NCBI GenBank assembly: GCA_943326025.2
Contig: CALPRR020000001.1
Span: 1 to 35,392, forward strand
Reading direction: 5' to 3'
Length of the DNA stretch: 35,392 nt
Source: Candidatus Kuenenia stuttgartensis
Lineage (GTDB): Bacteria > Bacteroidota > Bacteroidia > Flavobacteriales_D > Crocinitomicaceae
Under the pieces are notes generated by a model. That model saw only the letters and a program-made list of their open reading frames with translations. It was not told the DNA's origin and ran no database searches. Both the position numbers and the translations under genes were made by a program. Position 1 is the first letter of the stretch, and every line of letters begins with the position of its first letter. Shown piece after piece: positions 26,757 to 33,531 of this stretch.

Positions 26757-27827
26757 TTAAAATGAATAACTTATTGAACCTATTAATGAATTTTTAGATT
26801 TATTTTGAATTCCATCAACATACTGATAAATAGGGAAACCATACTCAAAATTTAGTTTAACATTTTCAAAGAAACCCTTCGGAAATTGATACGATAAACC
26901 AACTAACGTACTTATTGATTTCAACCCATAATTGATTGTATTTGCAGATGGTTCATTGAACCTATAAATTGTTTTATCATACCCTTGAATCACATCAATT
27001 AACTTACCCTCAAATCTAATAGAACTACTAAAGTTATTCCACCAATTATAAGCTCCCCATACATTTAAATAATATTCGTTACCTAATCGATAGCCAATAT
27101 TATTTGTATTTAAACGCATTACAGAACTTCCTTGAAAGCTATAGGCAAATCCATTTGATTGTTTAATGTATGTCAAACTCGGTAATAGTTCAAAAGAGCC
27201 TGAACCCATTTGCATCATATAAGCAAATCGCTCATTAGGGTATAACATATCGTTGGACAATCCTTTCATTTGAATTGAACCAGTTGGAATACTTCCTCCT
27301 AAGCCTAAAATCAATTGACTAGATGTATTTTTTACAATACCATACAATAAATGAAGTTTTATATCGCCAAATCCAGATGTTAGCATAGTCATATCTGCAT
27401 TATTTGTCATTTCCATACCTGGCATTGAATGATCGTGACTCATCGTTGGAACCATGGTCATTCCCATAGAAGTCTGATTGTAATGCAACATTAACATTCC
27501 TGTAAAACGTTCAGAAAAACCATACATTCCCATTAACATATGCATTTGCATGTTCATTTTACTAGAACTCATGATATAATCATTGAATACATCCATTTCA
27601 TCAATTGGATTGTTTCCAGAAATCAACGTTGAATTATTCATTTGCATATATCGATACGATAACATCCATTCTTTCTTTGGATGAACATGACTAATCATAA
27701 CTCCCGCAGGAGTTAGATTTCTCAAACAATGACATGAATGATCACAACTAATAGTATCTTGACCAAATAAATTAATAGATAACAATGTTCCAAGTAACAG
27801 AACATTCCATTTTTGTTTAAAAAACAT
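26757..27827 (-). CDS. Met/His-rich outer-membrane beta-barrel 'transporter' (MetA-pathway/Phenol_MetA_deg-like OMP)
   Basis: It has a signal peptide. CDHSCHC sits at the mature N-terminus (nt 27726-27746). The segment GVMISHVHPKKEWMLSYRYMQMN is present. Residues 86-148 contain 18 Met and 4 His (nt 27384-27572; for example KMNMQMHMLMGM and MGMTMVPTMSHDHSMPGMEMTNNADMTM). The rest has alternating beta-strands, and the C-terminus ends ..SISYSF with an aromatic residue. Confidence 0.65.
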   Translation of the reverse strand: MFFKQKWNVLLLGTLLSINLFGQDTISCDHSCHCLRNLTPAGVMISHVHPKKEWMLSYRYMQMNNSTLISGNNPIDEMDVFNDYIMSSSKMNMQMHMLMGMYGFSERFTGMLMLHYNQTSMGMTMVPTMSHDHSMPGMEMTNNADMTMLTSGFGDIKLHLLYGIVKNTSSQLILGLGGSIPTGSIQMKGLSNDMLYPNERFAYMMQMGSGSFELLPSLTYIKQSNGFAYSFQGSSVMRLNTNNIGYRLGNEYYLNVWGAYNWWNNFSSSIRFEGKLIDVIQGYDKTIYRFNEPSANTINYGLKSISTLVGLSYQFPKGFFENVKLNFEYGFPIYQYVDGIQNKSKNSLIGSISYSF

Positions 27828-27852
27828 TTATTGAATTTTAATTTGTTTTATT

Positions 27853-27868
27853 GAAGATTTAAATCTTC
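27853..27868. repeat. Perfect 16-bp palindrome GAAGATTTAAATCTTC in the spacer between the small membrane-protein gene and the OMP gene
   Basis: It was read directly from the sequence. It lies 26-41 nt upstream of the OMP ATG (27827). It could be an operator for a dimeric regulator or an intercistronic RNA hairpin. Confidence 0.6.
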
Positions 27869-27917
27869 CAAGAAATCAGATTGTATTTTTATAAAAAAAT
27901 CAATCACTTAAAACAAA

Positions 27918-28304
27918 TTAAACTCTCGGAGGCTGAAAAACTGAGTTTAAATCACTCTGAATTATACTTTTATTGTATTCAAAAACATCTTTTTTCTTAG
28001 CTTTCAAAAAATCGCTTTCAAAAAAAGCATACGTTTCAACTGAAATTTGATCAGTAATTACTTCTATTTTCTCTTTTGATGATGAGGATTTATTTTCTTT
28101 TTGATCTTGCTTTTTTAACTGCTTTGCCAAATGACATTTACCATTACATTTCAATATCGGTTTAGACTTGTTGACACATAGATTATTCGCTATGTATTCT
28201 TTATTGATAATGTAATCTGTATATATAATGAATTTACCCAATGCTTGCATAACAAAAGCACTGATTACAACAAAAGCAATTATTGTATGTAAATTCTTTT
28301 TCAC
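27918..28304 (-). CDS. Small membrane-anchored protein with a C-x9-C-x3-C-H motif; function unknown
   Basis: It has a GTG start and one N-terminal TM helix (IIAFVVISAFVMQALGKFII). It then reads YIANNLCVNKSKPILKCNGKCHLAKQL (nt 28131-28178), followed by a Lys/Ser/Glu-rich linker and a short C-terminal domain. This is the first gene of the cluster. Confidence 0.55.
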   Translation of the reverse strand: MKKNLHTIIAFVVISAFVMQALGKFIIYTDYIINKEYIANNLCVNKSKPILKCNGKCHLAKQLKKQDQKENKSSSSKEKIEVITDQISVETYAFFESDFLKAKKKDVFEYNKSIIQSDLNSVFQPPRV

Positions 28305-28308
28305 GACT

Positions 28309-28316
28309 CAAAATTA
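28309..28316 (-). promoter_or_regulatory. -7 promoter box TAATTTTG, 4 nt upstream of the GTG at 28304
   Basis: This is an exact TAnnTTTG match on the minus strand, with the same box-N4-start geometry as at 3471 and 32039. Confidence 0.35.
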
Positions 28317-28388
28317 CAAAAAAAACTCATAAAAAAAGTCCAAAATAAAATTTGAGCTTCATTATAGTAACGTTTTTTTTTAAAAAAT

Positions 28389-28934
28389 TTAATTCATTTT
28401 ATACTTTTTAAAAAAAGCATCCCAGTTCCAAATGAAATTCCCCATAACCTCATCCATTCTTTTTAAGAACAAAGGATTTGGAGCTTGCATTCTTCTGAAA
28501 TAATCATCTTGAAATTCATTCAATTTGTATTTTTCAAAAACAGCTTTAGACATTCCGTAAATCATATTTTTAGAAGGATGATTTATTCTAGAAATAAAGC
28601 TTTGGTATTCTCTTACGATTTGTTGAAAATCATTTCCAGACATTTCGTACATTTTACCTAATTTATTAAAAATAATCTGTTCAACTCTTTCAGCTTGATC
28701 AGATTCAAATATATTCTCTAAAAAAGATAAATTACCTACAATTACAATTAATGCAAATTCTCCGTTTTGTTTTGAATCAATTTCTGGAGATTTAACAAAT
28801 GCCACATCTTCATTAATCAATTCAGCAACCTCTACAAATCCATTATCAACTACATCCAATAATGCATTAACAAATATATTCGCAACTTGTTCGTCTGATA
28901 ATTTTCTTTTTAATAATGTTCCAAGTAGAGCCAT
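28389..28934 (-). CDS. Hypothetical cytoplasmic protein, 181 aa
   Basis: It is a clean ORF with no signal peptide and no recognisable motif. A TAAATTTG box (28958-28965) lies upstream, with 23 nt between the box and the ATG. Confidence 0.5.
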   Translation of the reverse strand: MALLGTLLKRKLSDEQVANIFVNALLDVVDNGFVEVAELINEDVAFVKSPEIDSKQNGEFALIVIVGNLSFLENIFESDQAERVEQIIFNKLGKMYEMSGNDFQQIVREYQSFISRINHPSKNMIYGMSKAVFEKYKLNEFQDDYFRRMQAPNPLFLKRMDEVMGNFIWNWDAFFKKYKMN

Positions 28935-28957
28935 AGTGTGTTCTTATAATCTAATGG

Positions 28958-28965
28958 CAAATTTA
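28958..28965 (-). promoter_or_regulatory. Candidate -7 box TAAATTTG for the 181-aa gene
   Basis: This is an exact TAnnTTTG match on the minus strand, with 23 nt between the box and the ATG at 28934. Confidence 0.35.
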
Positions 28966-29003
28966 GTATAGATTCACTTGTGTTTGAGACTCATAGAGTT
29001 TAG

Positions 29004-29024
29004 GTTTTCAACCAAGTTTTCAAC
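29004..29024. repeat. Direct repeat GTTTTCAAC-caa-GTTTTCAAC upstream of the 181-aa gene
   Basis: Two identical 9-mers (29004-29012 and 29016-29024) have a 12-nt period. They lie about 40-60 nt upstream of the candidate -7 box on the minus-strand gene side. Confidence 0.5.
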
Positions 29025-29127
29025 AAAAATGTTAAATAATTAAAAATTAAAACTTAAAAATCTAAAATATAGCATTTTAAAACTTTTATAAATAAATGTT
29101 TTTTAATTTTTAGAACCTAATTCTATT

Positions 29128-29550
29128 TTATTTCTGTTGTTTTTCAAAAAAATTAATGGCTAAATCATAACTTTTCAATCCAAATCCAAAAATACATCCA
29201 ATAGCAACTGGAGAAATCATAGAAATATGTCTAAATTCCTCACGATATGAGATATTAGAAATATGAACTTCAACAACTGGTACTGAAATAGCATTTATAC
29301 AATCACGCAAAGCAACACTTGTATGAGTATAACCTCCTGCATTGAAAATGACTCCATCATGTTTAGATTTTTGCAATTCATTAATTAATTCACCTTCAAT
29401 ATTGGATTGATAATATTCTAATTCAGTATTCGTTCTTTTTTTTAATTCCTCAAAATACATTTCGAATGTTTGATTACCATATATTTGTGGTTCACGTGTT
29501 CCTAATAAGTTTAAGTTCGGACCGTTAATAATTAAAATTTTCATATTCAT
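29128..29550 (-). CDS. aroQ: Type II 3-dehydroquinate dehydratase
   Basis: The sequence KILIINGPNLNLLGTREPQIYG..GVIFNAGGYTHTSVALRD..VEVHISNI is typical of AroQ. The start could be the ATG at 29550 or the ATG at 29544. Confidence 0.93.
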   Translation of the reverse strand: MNMKILIINGPNLNLLGTREPQIYGNQTFEMYFEELKKRTNTELEYYQSNIEGELINELQKSKHDGVIFNAGGYTHTSVALRDCINAISVPVVEVHISNISYREEFRHISMISPVAIGCIFGFGLKSYDLAINFFEKQQK

Positions 29551-30457
29551 GTTGTCTTGGGATCGCTATATTAAACAATTTATTTCGTTTTTAAAAATCG
29601 AAAAAGGTTTAGCTGAAAATTCAATTTTTGCTTATCAAAATGATGTGTTAAAATTAAAAGATTTTTCAGTTGACAAAAACATAGCACCTGATGCTTTAAC
29701 TTACAATAATTTAAAAGACTTCATAACAGAACTTTACGAACTTGGATTAAGCGCTCGAAGTCAAGCTAGAATCATAAGTGGTGTTAAACAATTTTTCGGT
29801 TTTTTACTTTTAGAAGATGTAATAAACGACGATCCCAGTGAACGTTTAGAAATGCCTCGTTTGGGAAAAAAATTACCAGAAGTCCTAACGGTTGAAGAAA
29901 TAGATGCGCTAATAAATGCCATTGATATGAGCAAAGCTGAAAGCCATCGAAATAAAGCAATTCTAGAAACACTATATAGTTGTGGTTTGAGGGTAAGTGA
30001 ATTAATCAATTTACGATTTTCTGATTTGTTTTTTGAAGAAGGTTTTATTCGTGTAATTGGAAAAGGAAATAAAGAGCGATTGGTTCCTGTCAGTGAAACT
30101 GTTGAACATGAAATTGCTATTTATAATGACTTCGTTCGAAGACATCAAGTCATTAAGCCAGGATTTGAGAATATCGTTTTTCTGAATCGAAGAGGCGAAC
30201 AATTGACTAGAATCATGATTTTTACAATCATCAAAAATTTAGCGCTTTCAATTGGATTAAAAAAGCAAGTTTCACCTCATACTTTTAGACATTCTTTCGC
30301 TACACATATGATTGAAGGTGGAGCAAATCTTCGCGCAATTCAAGAGATGTTAGGACATGAATCAATAACAACAACGGAAATTTATACTCATTTAGATCAA
30401 CGATTTTTAAAAGAAGCAATTATTTCATTTCACCCAAGAAATATTGACCAGAATTAA
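29549..30457 (+). CDS. xerD: Site-specific tyrosine recombinase XerD (chromosome dimer resolution)
   Basis: It is full length. It has the N-terminal SAM-like domain (FLKIEKGLAENSIFAYQNDVLKL) and the catalytic region ETLYSCGLRVSEL..HTFRHSFATHMIEGGANLRAIQEMLGHESITTTEIYTH. Confidence 0.88.
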   Translation: MLSWDRYIKQFISFLKIEKGLAENSIFAYQNDVLKLKDFSVDKNIAPDALTYNNLKDFITELYELGLSARSQARIISGVKQFFGFLLLEDVINDDPSERLEMPRLGKKLPEVLTVEEIDALINAIDMSKAESHRNKAILETLYSCGLRVSELINLRFSDLFFEEGFIRVIGKGNKERLVPVSETVEHEIAIYNDFVRRHQVIKPGFENIVFLNRRGEQLTRIMIFTIIKNLALSIGLKKQVSPHTFRHSFATHMIEGGANLRAIQEMLGHESITTTEIYTHLDQRFLKEAIISFHPRNIDQN

Positions 30458-30652
30458 AATCTTGAAATTTCAATATAATATAAATGAAGTAATGAATTTT
30501 ATTATGATTGATTTTGTATTTAAATAAGATTTAAAAATTTTAAACAATTATTCATAAACTAACAATATAATAAATTATAAATCGTTTAATGAGTAGTTAA
30601 CAGGTAGAAAATTCTTTAATATTTCAATGGTTAATGTATCAAAAGTTTTAGC

Positions 30653-30707
30653 AAAAAAAAGGTGTTGACTTCCGAAATTTCGGAAACGTTCAAACACCTT
30701 TTTTTTT
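30653..30707. terminator. Bidirectional nested-hairpin terminator between xerD and rimO
   Basis: The sequence is A8-GGTGTTGAC-TTCCGAAATTTCGGAA-ACGTTCAAACACC-T9. The inner element is a perfect 16-nt palindrome (30670-30685). The outer stem AAGGTGTT (30659-30666) pairs with AACACCTT (30693-30700). An A-run and a T-run flank it, so it can terminate both strands. It lies 14 nt after the rimO stop. Confidence 0.75.
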
Positions 30708-30720
30708 ATTTTAAATTTTA

Positions 30721-32034
30721 TTAATTTACAATTTTACCATATAAATCATAATGATCTGCACTTGTGATTTCAATTGTTGCAAAATCTCCAATTCTTAAAT
30801 AACCTTCTGATTTCAATACTAAAACTTCATTATCAACTTCAGGTGAATCAAATTCTGTTCTACCTATGAAGTAATCTCCTTCTACTCTATCAAAAAGTAC
30901 TTTAAATTGTTTACCAACTTTTAATTGATTCAATTCATAACTAATTCCAGCTTGAAGTTCCATGATTTTATCTGCGCGTTCTTTTTTAACATTTGCAGGA
31001 ACATCATCTTCAAAATTATAGGCATGCGTATTATCCTCGTGAGAATATGAGAAAATTCCCAAACGATCAAACTTCATTTTTTCAACAAACTCATACATTT
31101 CTTGGAAATCCTCCTCTGTTTCGCCAGGATAACCAGCAATTAAGGTTGTTCTTAAAGCAATATTTGGAACTTTCGCGCGAATTTCATTTACTAATTCTTC
31201 CGTTTTTTCACGTGTAATTCCTCTTCTCATTGCTTGTAAAATTTTAGTCGAACCATGTTGCAATGGCATATCTAAATAATTACAAACATTTGATTTTGTA
31301 CTCATCACATCTAATACATCCATTGGAAAACCAGCAGGAAAAGCATAATGTAAACGAATCCATTCAATTCCTTCTACTTCAGAAAGTTTATCAACTAATT
31401 CAGCTAAATTTCGCTTTTTATAAATATCTAATCCGTAGTAAGTTAAATCTTGAGCAATCAACATTAATTCTTTAACACCTTTTGCAGCAAGACTTTTAGC
31501 ACTATTTACTAACTCATCAATAGGAGTTGAAACATGTTTTCCACGCATGATTGGAATTGCACAAAAAGAACAAGGACGATCACAACCTTCGGCTATTTTA
31601 AAATATGCATAATGAGAAGGTGTTGTCAATAAACGTTCACCTACTAATTCATGTTTATAATCTGCTTTTAACGTTTTTAATAAACGAGGTAAATCTCTTG
31701 TTCCGAAAAAAGCATCCACTTCTGGAATTTCTTTTTCCAATTCATCTTTATATCTTTCAGATAAACAACCTGTAACGTAAACTTTACTTACTAATCCATC
31801 TGCTTTAGCTTCAGCATAACGAATGATAGTGTCAATTGATTCTTGTTTTGCATTATCAATAAAACCACATGTATTAATAATTACAATTTCTGCATCATCT
31901 TCCATTGATTCATGCTCAACATCAAATTGATTTGCTTTTAATTGTGACATTAAAACCTCTGAATCAAAAATATTTTTAGAACATCCTAAAGTAACAACGT
32001 TAACTTTATTTTTTTTGAGTGTCTTTGTTTTCAT
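30721..32034 (-). CDS. rimO: Ribosomal protein S12 (Asp88) methylthiotransferase
   Basis: It has the UPF0004 N-terminal domain (VNVVTLGCSKNIFDSE), a radical-SAM motif CDRPCSFC and a C-terminal TRAM domain. The 437-aa length fits RimO. Confidence 0.92.
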   Translation of the reverse strand: MKTKTLKKNKVNVVTLGCSKNIFDSEVLMSQLKANQFDVEHESMEDDAEIVIINTCGFIDNAKQESIDTIIRYAEAKADGLVSKVYVTGCLSERYKDELEKEIPEVDAFFGTRDLPRLLKTLKADYKHELVGERLLTTPSHYAYFKIAEGCDRPCSFCAIPIMRGKHVSTPIDELVNSAKSLAAKGVKELMLIAQDLTYYGLDIYKKRNLAELVDKLSEVEGIEWIRLHYAFPAGFPMDVLDVMSTKSNVCNYLDMPLQHGSTKILQAMRRGITREKTEELVNEIRAKVPNIALRTTLIAGYPGETEEDFQEMYEFVEKMKFDRLGIFSYSHEDNTHAYNFEDDVPANVKKERADKIMELQAGISYELNQLKVGKQFKVLFDRVEGDYFIGRTEFDSPEVDNEVLVLKSEGYLRIGDFATIEITSADHYDLYGKIVN

Positions 32035-32038
32035 GCTA

Positions 32039-32046
32039 CAAAATTA
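32039..32046 (-). promoter_or_regulatory. -7 promoter box TAATTTTG, 4 nt upstream of the rimO ATG
   Basis: This is an exact TAnnTTTG match on the minus strand; the sequence reads TAATTTTG-tagc-ATG. Confidence 0.4.
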
Positions 32047-32142
32047 ATGATAATTCAATCATAAGACAATTGTTTAGTAAAGTTATAAATTCTAAAATTC
32101 ACTTATTATTAATTATTGGAATCAATTTCAAATAAATGGTAT

Positions 32143-32150
32143 TATATTTG
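32143..32150 (+). promoter_or_regulatory. Candidate -7 box TATATTTG for the 144-aa lipoprotein gene
   Basis: This is an exact TAnnTTTG match, with 25 nt between the box and the ATG at 32176. Confidence 0.35.
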
Positions 32151-32175
32151 AGTTATTCAGTCAAAAAATATAAAT

Positions 32176-32610
32176 ATGAAAACGTTATTTACACTTTTTG
32201 CATTTGCACTTATAATAAGTTGTAAATCAACAAAAAATGCAGCTACTGCAACAATACCTAAAGATCCTGAAATGGTAGCAATAATTGGAGAATTTCCATC
32301 AACAAGTGATCCTATAAAAATAGATTCAGTAGAAATCAAAGGGAATAAGATGTTAATCAGAGTATCATATAGTGGTGGCTGTGGAAATCATAATTTTAAA
32401 TTAATCGGAAGTCAGCAAATTGCTAAATCAATGCCAGCTATTAGAGTAGTTAAATTATTTCACACAATAGATAATGATAATTGTAAAAAAATGATTACCC
32501 GTGTTTTGCATTTTGACATTTCTGAATTAGCATATAAAAAAGAAAACGGAAGCGAAATCTATTTAGCGCTTGATGGATATAAAGAAAAATTAAAATATAC
32601 GTTTGAATAA
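32176..32610 (+). CDS. Small lipoprotein, function unknown
   Basis: It has the signal/lipobox FALIISCKS. It contains conserved-looking Cys residues (SYSGGCGNHNF and IDNDNCKKM). No family is recognised. Confidence 0.5.
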   Translation: MKTLFTLFAFALIISCKSTKNAATATIPKDPEMVAIIGEFPSTSDPIKIDSVEIKGNKMLIRVSYSGGCGNHNFKLIGSQQIAKSMPAIRVVKLFHTIDNDNCKKMITRVLHFDISELAYKKENGSEIYLALDGYKEKLKYTFE

Positions 32611-32614
32611 GGTG

Positions 32615-33298
32615 ATGAAAATAGGAATTTTACTTTCAGGTTGTGGTGTTTATGACGGTGCTGAAATACAAGAGTCAGTTCTAACAATGTTGGCATTAGA
32701 TGAAATAGGTGCAAAATACATATGTATTTCAATAGATGCGCCTCAACATCATGTCATCAACCATTTAACTGGTGAAGAAATGCATGAAAGTAGAAATATG
32801 ATGATTGAAGCTGCTCGAATTGCACGTGGAGAAATCGTTAATATTAAAGATGTTCAACCAGCAGACATAGATGGTTTAGTTATTCCTGGCGGATTTGGAA
32901 GTGCGAAAAATTTCACTAATTGGGCTTTTAATGGACCGGAAGGAAGCATTTTGCCTGAAGTTAAATTACTATTAGTTAATCTAGTCAATGTTGGAAAACC
33001 TATTGTAGGTTTATGTGTTAGCCCTGTTGTTATCGCAAAAGCTCTTCAAGGATCAAAGACACATCCTAGAATGACATTAGGAAATACTGAAAAACCATCT
33101 CCTTATAATATTGAAGAGATGACTCTTGGATTAGAAAAATCTGGTGTAATAACTAGCTACAAAGAATTAAAAGAAATTGAAATTGACAAAGAAAATAGAA
33201 TTGTCTCTGCTCCATGCTATATGATGGAAGCTTCTATTTCTGATGTAAGAAAAAACATACGAACAGCTATTGAAGCAATGAGAGATATCATTGAATAA
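32615..33298 (+). CDS. elbB: ElbB-type DJ-1/PfpI superfamily protein (isoprenoid biosynthesis glyoxalase ElbB)
   Basis: The sequence MKIGILLSGCGVYDGAEIQESVLTMLALDE..HVINH..DGLVIPGGFGSAKN is typical of ElbB. I prefer the ATG at 32615 over the TTG at 32603. Confidence 0.8.
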   Translation: MKIGILLSGCGVYDGAEIQESVLTMLALDEIGAKYICISIDAPQHHVINHLTGEEMHESRNMMIEAARIARGEIVNIKDVQPADIDGLVIPGGFGSAKNFTNWAFNGPEGSILPEVKLLLVNLVNVGKPIVGLCVSPVVIAKALQGSKTHPRMTLGNTEKPSPYNIEEMTLGLEKSGVITSYKELKEIEIDKENRIVSAPCYMMEASISDVRKNIRTAIEAMRDIIE

Positions 33299-33331
33299 AT
33301 AAAAATCTAACATACTTCTAGTAAGAGAATT

Positions 33332-33365
33332 AAGAGCTTTATTTTATTAAAGCTCTTTTTTTTGT
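33332..33365 (+). terminator. Rho-independent terminator after elbB
   Basis: A stem AAGAGCTTTA (33332-33341) pairs with TAAAGCTCTT (33348-33357) around the loop TTTTAT, followed by a T-run. Confidence 0.75.
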
Positions 33366-33486
33366 AGCTACATTGATTTAGCTAAAATCTGATTTAAATT
33401 ATATAAAATGAACTTGATTTTACCAAATTGTTAACAATTTCAACCCTTTAGTGAGTAAATTTCTTTAGAAATATGAAAAAAAATCG

Positions 33487-33494
33487 TACTTTTG
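33487..33494 (+). promoter_or_regulatory. Candidate -7 box TACTTTTG for pckA
   Basis: This is an exact TAnnTTTG match, with 37 nt between the box and the ATG at 33532. Confidence 0.4.
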
Positions 33495-33531
33495 CGCCCA
33501 GAATCAAAGCGAAAGCTCAAATAAAAAAAGT

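Noticed and set aside
29761-30202. Three minus-strand ORFs inside xerD
   Set aside because: They are antisense to a full-length XerD that has an intact catalytic region.
29549-30457. Tyrosine recombinase as a marker of an integrated mobile element
   Set aside because: The sequence and length fit housekeeping XerD. The flanking genes (aroQ, rimO) are core genes, and no att-like repeats, tRNA target or cargo genes are present.
30993-31475. Two plus-strand ORFs inside rimO
   Set aside because: They are antisense to rimO and show no motif.
32157-32339. 60-aa minus-strand ORF overlapping the lipoprotein gene start
   Set aside because: It is antisense to an ORF with a good lipoprotein signal and runs into the rimO/lipoprotein divergent promoter region.
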